DNA of 63,998 nucleotides, filler included, from Diploschistes diacapsis (Eukaryota), in NCBI GenBank assembly GCA_023645945.1. It is 8 parts of 8 records of this genome, joined end to end, with 100 filler letters (N's around TTAATTAATTAA, not from the genome) between each part and the next. Parts side by side here need not be neighbours in the genome. Positions count along the whole stretch, not along the records: positions 1 to 5,139 come from JALAIB010001596.1; positions 5,240 to 10,364 come from JALAIB010001597.1; positions 10,465 to 15,582 come from JALAIB010001598.1; 5 more parts are not named here. One strand, given 5' to 3'. Every line of letters starts with the position of its first letter. Within the stretch, counting starts at the first letter, position 1. Shown in pieces: positions 1-12,569 of this stretch. A program made the position numbers and the translations under genes. The notes beneath the pieces are model-generated. The model saw nothing but the letters and a program-made list of their open reading frames with translations, was not told the origin of the DNA and did not search any database.

Positions 1-1885
1 GATGTGGCGGGGGTGGCGGTGGTGGTGTCGGCTGTTTCTTGGGTATTATTGTTAGTGGTGTCAACGGTTTCTTGGGTATTATTGTTAGTGGTGTCAACGG
101 TTTCTTGGGTATTATTGTTAGTGGTGTCAGCGGTTTCTTGAGTGTTGTTGTTGGTGTCGTCGTCGTCGGCGGCCATCCAGACTTCGTAGCCGCCGTTGTT
201 GATTTCGTCTTCTTTTGCGGCGTCTTCTTTCTTTTCTGGGATTTTACCCTCTGTAGCAGCTCGTTCGGTGCCGGCGTCCACTTTGTCCTCGGGCTCCCAA
301 GTTCCTTCAGGAGAGATGCCCAGTGTCATCTCTAGTCGTGGATTCTCCTCGTCGTAGGATGTGGCAAGCTGGTAGTCTTTTCCGCGACGGAAGCGGCGAG
401 CTTTGACGTCGTGGGAGCGGAGCACGAGGCCCGTGGACAAGCGAAGCCATTTGCGAAAGGGAAGGCTTGGGAGGTATGTGTTTAGCAGCTGCTTGATGGG
501 GCTGATTGCTGTCGGCTCGTTGGCGAGAACATCGGGTTTCTCTTTTGCTTCCGCCGTCGCAGATTTGGCATTTGGTAGCATGAAGAGATAGCGGTGCTTG
601 TGCGGCGGTCGTGCGACGGTCCAAGGCGAAGCCTCTTCAATGTCTTTTGTTGAGGCGTCGTAGGTACGCGGCTCATTGGAGATGTCTAGGCGAAGGGCAT
701 CGGCAAATTTGGTACCCAGGAAGCCGTCAATACGGATGCAGGAGGCGTCTTGAAACGTATCTTTGAGCTCTTGGACAGCATCCGGTGTGAGGAAGCGCGG
801 AGCCATGAACTGGAGGAGAAAGTCAATCTCGGGTGGTGTCAGCGATTCGTCGTCTGGGTCTGCCGGCTGCATTCCCTTTTCATCGGCTGGGTCCTTGTTG
901 TAGTCTGGATAAGGCGTAGGCTGTGTCCTCGGTAGGTCAAAGTCATCCTTCGTTTGTAGCTGGCTCAAACTACTCGAAGCCGCGAGTTCCTGCTCCGTAC
1001 CTTCCCTGTACCCTTCTTCTCCTTCCTGTGGAATGTGATACCACCCACTTATTGCAAGCCGCACTCTTCCTTTGTCAAGGTCAGGGTCGCCAGATGAATA
1101 TACCTCTTCGACGTCGTGAAAACTCTCGCCAGGCTGCACGGCAAAGTAGCTAAGCTGGTTCCAGGCTGGCGGTATGGAGAGACTCGAGTCTGGATCTGGA
1201 ATCTTCGCTTGAGGACCCTTGGCCTCTTTCATGCTTCTCATAGGATATAACCGCAGTGCTCCACCCCAATCTTCCTGCCACGGATTCTCTGGGTCAGTCA
1301 GGTAAAGTATATAGCTAACCCTCCGGCTGCCAATGACATCGTCATGGCAGAGCAAGTGTGAGCCTGGCGTGTAAATGTTGATTGCCATGTCCGTCTTCTT
1401 CCCCGAGAGTGGTCCCGAATCCGTTATCCCAGACAGGTATCTCCGGAATTCCTGCGAGTACATGGCATTGCGAAGCTCAAACAACGACGGGAGCTGCTGT
1501 ACAGACTCCTCGTCCAGTCCATCGAGATTGGCAAGGTCTCCTGATTGGTGAATCTTGTAAATATCGGTTTCCTTTGGGGTAAAGGAGATCTTCTCGATGA
1601 TTTCCCGGCGTACATTGCGCAAAAGTTCGTCGTCGATGAGCTGAGGGATGACACCATGTTTGTAGCTTTATCCGACATTAGTCTTTGGCTTCAGTGGTTG
1701 GTTGAATATTCTTACGGCGCTGATTCAGAATATGCGGCAATATTCCTATTGGCCTCGTCGGTCTCGAAGAGATTGTCTCGGAATTTGGCGCGCACCGCGC
1801 CATTGGCGTCTAATTCTTCCTTTGGCTTCTTTGCAATTGGCTGCTCAGCAGCTTCTACATCATTCTCGAGCTTCCGCTTGCTCAT
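1..1885 (-). CDS. TPA1: Prolyl hydroxylase Tpa1/Ofd1 (2OG-Fe(II) oxygenase); 3' end runs off the window
   Basis: ATG at 1885 (MSKRKLEND...), intron 1666-1715, then a long open exon absent from the ORF track: YKHGVI...KETDIYKIHQSGDLANLDGL...HLLCHDDVIGSRRVSYILYL...WGGALRLY...SFHDVEEV...RLAISGWYH...PPHKHRYL. Confidence 0.93.
31..160 (-). repeat. 33-bp coding tandem repeat (about 4 copies) encoding DTTNNNTQET(V/A) within Tpa1
   Basis: Unit gtttcttgggtattattgttagtggtgtcaacg repeated head-to-tail, in frame on the minus strand. Confidence 0.9.
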
Positions 1886-2274
1886 TGTGTGGGAGGTTTT
1901 GTTGTTAAGAATAATCGAGGGAGCATTGGTGGCTTAAATGAGGAGTCGAAATTCAGGGTCCTCGATGGGCTGGCGAAACTCCGTCTAAACCCCATGAACT
2001 CAACGTACTTGTACTTACAGACGGTAATCTTCATGCCCACGCTCTTCGTCAAAGTAACTTCCTCCTTCCTCCCTAAACCCAATGGCAGCTATTTGGGAAC
2101 TCCTGATTGGGCGATAAGATAAGGAAAGGGGAGCAGCTGACAAGTTGCTGCACACCCAAACAGTGTATTCTTGAATGGTAGCCACTGTTTTGTTCCGGAT
2201 TCGTTCATATCAAACCTTTGGTGCTCACATACATCAGTCTACGGATACTAGCAAACATCCCCCGAGACGTTGAC

Positions 2275-4500
2275 ATGGCAGAACTACTAGGTGCTATATC
2301 AGGAATTGTGGGAATCGCTGGACTTGCTGTTCAAATCGTTGACAATACGAAAAAGCTGCGAGAGTTCTGCTCCAAGCTCAAACATGCAAACGCGCATATG
2401 GAGGACCTGCTCGATGAGCTTGACCTTCTTGCTACTCTCATTGCCCAGTTCAGCCACGTAGAGGGCCCAGACCTGCTATCAGTTCCGAGTGACATACAAA
2501 CACCTACAAAATGCTGCCAGAAAGCTGCAAGAATTATTTGTCGATACTGGACAGCGTCAGCAAAAGCTCGTCCCCAAGTCATAGGCGTATCATACGGTCA
2601 GGTCTGAATTTCGTACTGCAAGAGCGACAAATTGAACAAAGCCTCAAGACGCTGGAGCGTGCTAATCCATGCTTCTTCTAGCCCAGCAGTATCTGATTCG
2701 GTATGCACCGTGTCTCCTATAGGTTGGCATGTTACCGATGTAATAGCGAACCAGTTTTCAACTCAGAAAATCCAGCAAGTCGGGGGAAGCATTCCCAAAA
2801 TGAGATCAAGTGTGTAACTCCCGGTCAAGCTAAAACTCCAGATCTAAGGACAAGGTGACATCTGCCACGAAAATGCAAGACTTTCGTATCGTCCTGCTGG
2901 TTGCTTCTTGGTAAACCTGATAGTGACTGTCTCTCCACAGAAACAAGGACGTTGAGTCTCAACTTCTCGCCGGCGGCCTAGACATAGAGTAATTATGGCT
3001 TCGAGGTGCTGCAGAATCGGGCATTCGGGCGTCCACAATTTTCTCTTCCGGACGTACAGTATTATTCCAAGAACTAGTGCTCTCTGGATTGCTTGTGCGC
3101 ATGGTGACCAGGAAGAAGTCGAATTCTCTTCTGTAAAGGGCTTGTTTCACCGTTTGATGTGACCGTAGATGGTACTTCACTGTTGTATGTAAGCGAAGTC
3201 GAACCCCATTCGCCCTAGTAGATACGAAATCACTGACGAGCTTGTTTTTAGATATCAGCGGCATTTCACCGTTCGAGCATATGTAAGTTGCTTCTAAAGA
3301 ACGGTGCGGATGCATCTCCAGTAAATTGCATCTTTGACCGCAACACAGGAGAGTTGGCGAAAAGGTAAGTCACTGTTGCATCTATATAGTAGAGAAGCTA
3401 ACAGATTATAGAACTCCATTCCAATTTCTAGGTCTCAAGATAGTAGAAACTATCGGTGCCTATGAGGTATTGGAGCTGCTCGACCACCCGGAGTTGACAC
3501 AATAATGCCCGCAATGATCCGACGTGCTAGACACTATCAAGACTCTCCTGGATCATGGCAGTCATGTCGCCTTTGATGGCATAACTTTCGCATCTTATAA
3601 TAGTGCTTTAGCGCAATTTATCTTTGCACATGAAGAGGTAGGCTCATACTGTCTTCGTTACCTGGACGATGCAGATATGAACGATGTCTGCTGGGCTGCA
3701 GATATACTTTGTGCGCGCTGGGTAGGCACTGCACTTAAACGCTATGGAGTTCAGCAAACACACTTCACTAAAACCAGACCAGAGACTGCTGGATAGACTG
3801 ATGCATGTTGTCTTACGCAACCTACTGAACCTGCTGTTCAAATCCAGTAATGCCCAGTCACTTCTTGGCAGACTTTCCAAGCCGTCTACAGCGCATGCTG
3901 TCCACGCTTCTCCGCCCAGACGCGCAATTGCTCTGGCCAACAGGGATGGATTTAAGAAAAACGGAAGTCACATTGGAAAAATGACGGCCCAACACAGCTG
4001 TGGACGTTGTTCCGTAAATATTTCTTATCTGATTACTCGGTTGCATGCTTGCAGCACGAAATGGATGTCGACGTACAGGTCTGGCTTACGGTGTTGAGAG
4101 ATTATGGAATGGATACTGTCGATTACGTACAGAAAGAAAACATACATATCTCGATATGTCCTGCATAACGCGTACCAACATCGACCCGGAGTTTAATGAG
4201 GAGCAAGGATTAGCAGTTTGCAGGTTCGGTGCCCATGCAGTTGAAGTCATCCTCGAATTTACTCTCGAGGCGAATGGCAGGGAGATTTCCCGTTGACGTG
4301 AGGCTGCGACCAGCAAGTTGGGAAGTCGTACTTGCAAAGAGATCCAAAAACATAGAGAACGATATAAGCTTGCCCGGCAAATGGATACAATGATTGTATT
4401 TGAGGAGGACCCTGCAATGGAACGAAGCACCATTTCGTGCTATGATAGCTCTTCTGTCTGAGTTGGATGATGGTGTGAGTGAGTTATGTTTATAGTAGGA
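2275..4500 (+). pseudogene. HeLo-like/fungal STAND N-terminal domain plus ankyrin-like protein, apparently disrupted
   Basis: MAELLGAISGIVGIAGLAVQIVDNTKKLREF...LLDELDLL N-terminus; downstream fragment LRTYSIIPRTSALWIACAHGDQEEV and an ankyrin-like DVTVDGTSLLY; frame breaks and stops not readily explained by introns. Confidence 0.6.
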
Positions 4501-5139
4501 CCTTTCTAGGATGTAGTTTGTGAAGCTAATACAAACGCTAGACAACGGCCCAAGCTAAAACATATCATATTTGAGCTGTTACGAAGATCTTTATATCTCG
4601 AAATCCAAAAGGCTTAAAGGGAAACGAATACTCAGCCTCTGGTATCTCACCGGGTTTTCACTATCAATCTGATATCATGGTTAGCACTCAGAGACCGGAC
4701 GTTGGGGATCTCATGTAGCCTTGCGCATGTACTGTTCGGTCTTTAGTCCTACATTCCAGATGGTAGAACCTTTATCAGGAGCACTTCATCTCGTTGAGCT
4801 AGTCTCCTCTCACTGAAAAGTATGCTTAAATAGAAGTTAGATACTCAAGCAGGACCAAATCTCAGATCATATGCCAGATACCACCCCATATCGAAGAAAT
4901 ACCGAACAGAAGCTTCTTTGCCAATCGGCAGGGATGCTTCTACCACCTCTTCCGAATTCCACCCCGAAGCTTGCCGACTAGAGCATCCGTCCCATTCGGT
5001 CGAGCATCTGGAATTGTCCTTCCAGCTCCCGCCCCCTCTTTATACCTCCCCGCAGGCTTCCCACTTGTCACACACCCCCCCAACCTTTTTCCACAACCTA
5101 CTCATTTTCGACTACAACGCACAGCACAGCACAGCACCT

Positions 5140-5239
5140 NNNNNNNNNNNNNNNNNNNNNNNNNNNNNNNNNNNNNNNNNNNNTTAATTAATTAANNNNN
5201 NNNNNNNNNNNNNNNNNNNNNNNNNNNNNNNNNNNNNNN
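5140..5239. other. Artificial contig spacer
   Basis: N44-TTAATTAATTAA-N44 (stop codons in all six frames). Confidence 0.99.
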
Positions 5240-8200
5240 TTATAATATAGCTATATAAAGTCGATCACTTGATTCTTCTGTTAGAGATGCAACGCCTGAC
5301 TTTAATTATCATATATAAGAATCTATTCGATTTCAATAATATTAAATAGTCGGTTTCCGATTATAAAGGGGTCGTTAATCTAAAATAGAAGATATTAAAA
5401 TTGATTCTTTTATTATTATCGTCTCTAAAGATCCTCGTTAATTCTTTCGAAGATAGTTTTGACGTCGGTGTCAATCTAAATATCCCGATCACTAAAACGA
5501 AGTTTATCGCAGAAACGTAGAAATCTATTATTGGAAGTCCGATTACTGCTTCCTACGCGCGCCGTATGTTAAGTTTTACGTTAATATTCGGAATGATATC
5601 ATGTTTTTATTTCACGATTAAAACATACGTTTTATTATCAATTCGTAAAAAGGCGATAATATTATTTTATACCGCGAACCGCGTCGAGGGTATTTAGTCC
5701 TCGTAGAGTGCTGTAAAAGCGGCCGAAGAAAACCTTAATATAAAATTTAAAAAGGGGATTATACGAAGATCTAATTTAGAACTTATATTTCTCGATAAGA
5801 TATTTAAAGTTATCGGATATAGAAACGAAAGTTTAGAACTAAAAAAGAAACTTTAAAAGATCTTAAAATTTAATTGTAATAATAGCGGAATCCGTAAATC
5901 CCAGTTTCGTTCGTTGGCCGCGACGAAGTTTAACGCCGTTAATACAACATTGGCATTTATAGGAATAATTTAACCGAGAACATTAAAAGGGATTTCTAAT
6001 ATCGTGTCGATTATGGCGGCTATCGGTACACGAAACCTAAAGAGAGATTTATAATTAATAATTAATTAAAAAATTGGAACGAGTTTGGTGCTGTAATGTT
6101 CATGTGTATTCATACAGCAACTACCATTATATCAGTATATATTATCGGAAACTATCGTTAGTGACTACGATCCGCGAATTATTTTGTATTTTTCTAGATG
6201 GGAAACTAAATTTATTTTCGTTGAAAATTGATGCTGATCGCGAAGAAGCGAATTGTATTAAGAAGTTGATTTATTTGTCCGAATCTATCATTTTTTTTAT
6301 ATTTTTATCTTATGTAACTCTGTCTTTTTATCGGTGTACTTTTCTGTCGTTTTCGTATATTTATATATTATGTTTTAACTTAAGTGGTCTATCGGCCGAA
6401 TATAAGTTTCCGTTTAATCGAGGTTAAGAACGAAGAAATAGGTTTTACGTTTACCGATCTATTTTTCGATTTTAACGTAATAAATAAATATGTTTTCCGC
6501 GAATTTATTTCTTTTTCAATTCGTGACTGTTTTTTGTTGCACGTTTAAATATTTCTTATCGATTCCTTCTAAGTTCCGTAAACTTTTATAAACCTTTAAC
6601 TTCTCGATAGACTAAGAATGAGTTCCGCGATCCTCGAGATTGTTACCCGGACGATTAAAGTTAAAGGTTTTAAGTAATAGTCGACGGGGGGACTTTTTTA
6701 TAAAGTTAATTATAAGGAATGGCAGATTTCGTAATTATTAAAAGTTTTATATTTGCAAGATTTTCGTTAGTCGAAAAAAAGCGCTCGCTATCTTATTCCC
6801 GGTGTTGTAAGAGTGCGTTATAATAAAGAAGAAGATAAACTGGATTAGCTTTTTTAATGCTGCGAAGTCCGGTAAAAGAAGGATCGTCCCGTATAGGAAA
6901 TTTTGATCGCTGGCTTCTGGTTCGATATAAAAAATTATTTTAAATTCCCATTCGTTGATTATATTTTTAGCGACTTCGGCTAAGTTATAAAAACTAAAAT
7001 AATAAAAGATTACTTAAGAAATTATTAAACACCGTACTAGTATTATAAAGAGGAAAAAAACGTAAACCGAAGATCAGTATTAAAAGATATAAACTAAATC
7101 TTTTTAAATTCACGAAAGCGTGGAAATCTATAACGAAAATATAAAAACTCTTTGCGTGTCGAATTCGTATTATAATTTCGAATATAAGTTAAAATCGATT
7201 CGGGTTAATGATATTAAACCGTCGACCGCACGGCTGAGAAATTATCAAAACTGTAAAAACGGCGCTTGTAATTTTAAAAAAAAGATAATTTAAATATAAT
7301 ACGACATCTACGATTTATGGCAGCATACGGCTTATGCCGGAATCTCCTTTTACGAGGAGTTCCATCCAGAAAAATACGTATATAATAATTATTCTAATAA
7401 CACGGCATCCACGACTAGAATGCGTCGGATTTAGGTTAATTTTACGGATAAATTACTTTTATACCGGCGGAACGTTTGTTAAAGAATCTCGAATTTTATT
7501 CGCTATCACGATTCATTATCGGATCTTAGCTGAGCTTTAAAGAAGCTTACAGCTCTAAAGCTTAACTTAATCTTCGAAGACTGCCTATTTTTAAGAAATT
7601 AGAAAACTAATAGCTATTTACCTCCTGAATCATATACGAAAGCTCTATATACGTTTTTACGGACGGTTATTTAAATGTTTTAGAACCTTAAAACGTAGTT
7701 TGAATCGAGATAATCAATATTAAGCTCGATAATAGAATCGTCGAATAACTATTACCGTTTATAAATATTTATATAATTAAGTCTCGATCAAGTTTCTAAC
7801 ATCTTAAATAATAAATTTAACGTAACGATTAATAATATTATTACCGATAATAATGGCAGTGAATATAGTCTTATTATCAATGGTCGTCCGGTAAATAAAC
7901 GTGGGGTGACATTAATATCACGCGGTCAGCATTTAATTATAGAGTTACCGAATAAGCGATACCGTTTGTAAATATCTAGGACTTTAAACTTTTTTTATTA
8001 GTTTTTAAAGGCGAACGAGGAGCACAGTAAAACGGAGACCCACGTTGGTTATAATTATAACGAAATAGACCTTACTTAAAGAACTAATGGCCGTCTATTA
8101 GTTCATGAAATAAGTTCTGTACTACTTCTTATAAAATTAGTTATCGAGCGACGCGATAATAAGGATTATTGCAATATTTATCGAAAAAATATAGTCAAAG

Positions 8201-10364
8201 GAGCGGGAAAAATACATTATAAAGAAACACATTTTTGGCCGCAGATGCACGAATGCCCTAACTGTCAAATAAAGTTTGATCGCCGAGATAGCCTTAAAAA
8301 CCATGTGAGTTGTAATTGTGCCATTAAGCTGCGAGGAGATAAAGAATATTGTACAGTTTATGAAAAAAAATTGTTTAAGTATTATGGGTACTTTTATTAT
8401 CGGAGTCAACATCTTGGGCTAAAGGACAATAAAAGGTATTTAAAAGGTAAGCGCATTTAGACATAAAAAGACATTGCGGAATTGAAGAATATAATAATAA
8501 AAAGGAGAATAGGTACGCCTTTCTCTATATTTTTAAGAACGGATAGAACAGTGCAGCGGAAGATTAGTAAGTTTTTAGAAATTAAAGTCTGTGTCGATTG
8601 CAGGAAAAGTTATTTGATAAATAAAGGGCACGATTGTTTAAAACGCTGTCCGAGTTATGAAAAGATTTATACAACGTATAAAATGCTGCGTAAATATAGA
8701 AGGGAAAATCATTCGGAAAACTTAAAAAAGCGGGACATTTTTTCGAAGGAGTATATTAGAGAGATTGGAAAGGAAGTAGAGAATGATGGTTTTATTGAAG
8801 GCTATAAGTTAGAGCACCTTCAACGACTGATCGATCTTATTAAAGAAAAGAAACCCTGGAAGGAAGTAAAATGTATTATGAATTAGATGCTCGATTCGCC
8901 TCGGAGTGTTAGAGCACTCCAATCAAGATATAAAAGATATAAATCTAATCCTTAATTCACATAGAATAGCTATAATAAATATAGTGGAGATTTAAATCTA
9001 CCGTTAATATATTTTTTTAACTTAATATCGTATAGGGGCAAAGCTTGAAGGAATATCGAAAACTCTTCTCCTTAAATATACTATACTGGTTATATGTTTA
9101 AGATTATGTTATTGGAGTTCGTGGCTTCGTAAAAAGAGGTTTAAAATTCCTTACCCGCCGATGGTTGTATTTATCATAAAGAAATATTTCTGTAAGGTAG
9201 ATATGCGGGCTCCGTTACTGTTTGGGTAGATTATTGGTATTAGGATCATATATACGCGACGCACGGAAATGCTTACCTAGCCATTGCCGCGTTGCAGCTC
9301 TTCACCGGGTAAAGCTATTGACAAGTTTCTCTCTAGGTCGGTACAAGACTGAATAATCTCGATTTATTAAGACGTATAGATCATTTATATATTATTTCCG
9401 TTTTCTATCGGCTATAGTTTCTTTAAATATTATTATCCGTGCGAGGCGACCACGCTTTAGAAATACGTAAGATAAAGTTTTAAGAAGATCCGTTTTGACA
9501 TCATCCTCGGCTCGTTCCTTGCCACGAATAAAAATTTTCTAGTTCCTTCGTCTTCGAATCTATTTATGCTAGTATTACTTTAATATTTTTTAATAAGATT
9601 AACGTAATAAAAACGCGTTTTATTCTTTACGGTCTTGATTTAGTATAACTAGCCGAGGATCTTACCGGGTCGTAACTTCTTTCTTTACGAGAAGGCTCGT
9701 TGAAAGACCCTTTTCTCGGAACTTTATAAAGGATTAGAAATATTCGACGTGATCGTGTTAAGTTAGCTCGTTTAAGAAAGCGGATCTTTTATTTACGAAA
9801 GAAATATTAACTATATAATTTTGGCCGTATATTTAAATATCGGTTTACGTGATATATTACGATCGTTCGATTTCGGTATACCTTTTTATATCATTCGTGA
9901 ATTAATGACGGCCGGTAGTTCTATCGGGTTCGAAATATTTACCGTTAACCTTTTTTTTAAAAATAACGTCGTATAACATAAATAATCGTTTTTTTAAAAT
10001 ATCCGGAACGTTCTAAGATAACTTTAAAAAATACGATCGAAACTTTTCGTAAATAAAAGTTCTTCTAACATACCGTTCTATATCGTAACATTTCGTAAAA
10101 TAAGCGAATAAAGTACCGAATCGTTCTATCGAAGAAGAAGCTCGTTATCACTTTCGAAGATTTATTAATCGTTCAGCTGTTGTATCGAATCGATTTTAAA
10201 CAGCGCTTTATCTGCGAGGTTATAACGAGAAGGAACTGCGTATTATTAAATAGCGGTATATTATATTGGTTAATAGACGTTCCGTACGTGGTATTCTTCG
10301 GATGGCGGTTGTTTTTCACCCAGCGCTGATTAAGACGATATATCGCTTTTTATCCATCGTTAGA
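5240..10364. repeat. AT-rich, RIP-degenerated contig (relic repeat/TE or duplicated genes)
   Basis: Very AT-rich, TpA-rich and CpA/TpG-poor while CpG is retained; ORFs broken by TAA/TAG. Confidence 0.8.
8245..8886 (+). pseudogene. RIP-damaged C2H2 zinc-finger gene remnant
   Basis: HECPNCQIKFDRRDSLKNH, and CPSYEKIYTTYKMLRKYRRENH (C>Y and H>Y changes consistent with G>A/C>T RIP). Confidence 0.55.
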
Positions 10365-10464
10365 NNNNNNNNNNNNNNNNNNNNNNNNNNNNNNNNNNNN
10401 NNNNNNNNTTAATTAATTAANNNNNNNNNNNNNNNNNNNNNNNNNNNNNNNNNNNNNNNNNNNN
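10365..10464. other. Artificial contig spacer
   Basis: N44-TTAATTAATTAA-N44. Confidence 0.99.
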
Positions 10465-11921
10465 CCCCCACCTCCATCCTGGCCCGCACATTGACCCGCA
10501 AAAGATGTCCCGTCACCCGCCCCACATCTAGAACCACGAGTTCGAACCCTTTAACCCCCTGTCCGTCCGGCAGCGACGCGGGAGCAGGAGCAGGCGACGT
10601 CAGCGTGAAGCTGCGCACGAGGTCGTCGTTCAGCGACGCCGGGTCCGCGTCGTTCATGTGCGCGTAGCCGGCGCCCAGCTCGGCGGCGAAAGACAGCACA
10701 ACGTGCTGCCCTCTCTTCCACGACACGGGCACGTCCGTCGCGAATGCCAGGCGGGCGACGGTCGGCGTCAACTTCGTGCGGGCGGTGAGCGTGGCGGTGG
10801 CGAGCGGCTTGGCGGCAGCGGCACCCGAGATGGAGATTGTCTTGGCGGATTCTGTGGCGAGGGGGCGCACGGGCGGGTTGTAGGGGGAGGGGGAGCTGAG
10901 GTCGGCGGCGGCGCGGAAGGCGAGGGAGGAGCGCACGAAGAGGGCTTTTGTGAGGGTTAGTACGATGACGAGGTTGGAGCGCGGGATCAGCGCCGCCGCG
11001 GCGGGGCTGACGTGGATCTCGGCGGAGCATGTCGCGTATAGGGCGTCGCCGGTGGTGAAGTCCGGGATCACGATGCCGGTTAGGGGCGTAACGTGCAGGT
11101 TGCCGAGGGTTTGGTAGAGTCGGTTACCGCTGTATTCGGGGTATGCGAGCTGGGTGGAGGACGGAGTGGAGGAAACGATGCGGATGAAGCCGCGCGGGCC
11201 GCCGCGGTAGTTGGTGCTGAGGTGGGTGCCGGAGGCGGAGGAGGTGAGGAAGAAGAGGTCTGCTTTGGAGATGAGGGAGAGCGCGGAGGGTGATAGGGGG
11301 AGTGAGGACGGTTCTGGTTGGGGGAGGGGAATTGTTGGGCGGATATGTTTTGCGTTTAGGTACTTGGGACAGTTGGCTTGCTGTTGTTAGCATGATGACC
11401 GTTTGCGGAGAGTCGCAGGTGCGCTTACACAGACTAGATTCTACTTGTAAAACCATCTGACCGTGAGCCGTAGTCTCTCCTTCGACGCCGTTCAATGCCG
11501 CTCCTGCTACTTTTCCAGAGAGCTTCACCCGCTGCCTGGTTTCAAGATCAATTCCCAAAGCACTGATAACTTGTCCTCCCCCAAAGATCTTCCCATTATC
11601 TGTGCTACCCCTGCAAGCTTTGATGACCGGATCATGCCTTCGGTCAACCACCATGTTGACGCCGAGCATAGCCTGATTCATCACGCTTATGAACCCCTTT
11701 TCGCCACCCCAGAGGGTCGTCCATGGCCTTCCGCTGGAATCAAGCGTGCCAACGGCGAGTAGTGGCGATGAGCTTAGAATCATCGCTCCAGCTGGTCTAA
11801 GATAGGGACTTGTAGGGTTATCGAAATATGGAACGGACATGAGAGACTGCATGCGGATATTGCCAGCGTGCCATTGTGTAGGATCAAGGTCCTGTGGACG
11901 AGATAGGACTTCGGAGGCCAT
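10465..11921 (-). CDS. Pyridoxamine 5'-phosphate oxidase-like / FAD-binding oxidoreductase; 3' truncated by contig end
   Basis: WHAG..MQSLM, LLAVGTLDSSGRPWTTLWGGEKGF, LGIDLETRQRVKLSG, intron near 11378-11428 then NCPKY, NYRGGPRGFI, YPEYSGNRLYQTLGNL, PDFTTGDALY, LNDDLVRSFT. Confidence 0.85.
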
Positions 11922-12569
11922 CCTGCTCTGTGCGAAAGGAATGCTACTCAACTGCAATTATAGACATGAAGCGGAAGAAAGAGACTTGCAGAACAAAAAG
12001 ATATAGGGACTAGAATTGGAATCGAGAAACCCACTCTCAGGATATAGATTGCATAAATAGGTAGACGGCTGCTTTCGCCCCTTAAGGCATCGACAACGTA
12101 AGTCTAGAAGAGAATGACAAATCAAGGATAAAGCAAGCTCGAATAAGCGAGCCCCTCGAGTCGAGTCAAGAAGGCGTTCTCGCAACGCCATTCCAAATCG
12201 TTTGAAACCCAGTCCACCTGACTCTCATATATCGCATATATCTACTACATGTATCTTGAGTCTACCTTACGTGCCGTTTCCGTTGCGTCTCTAAAGCGGA
12301 GAAAATGGCTGATTACTAATGCACTGCTCCACCATTCGATAGGAGCAAGTCCAGTTCTGAAAGACAGACGGCATCTTAAGAGAACAACGGTATTGAAAGC
12401 TAGGACTAACTCTGTAAGAGTATCAAACATAATACTAAGTCCTCTCAATGAAAAGGTCGCTCGAGACCATATGGGTGCTGGACACGAATCAGGCTTCCAA
12501 TCTTCAGCTTCCCCAGAAGTATCCTGAGGCAAGGCGAAATAACGAGTCGTCGGCCTGAGTATCGAAATC

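Noticed and set aside
5184..5195. Recurrent TTAATTAATTAA palindrome as a biological motif
   Set aside because: Always centred in N-runs; an artificial six-frame-stop linker
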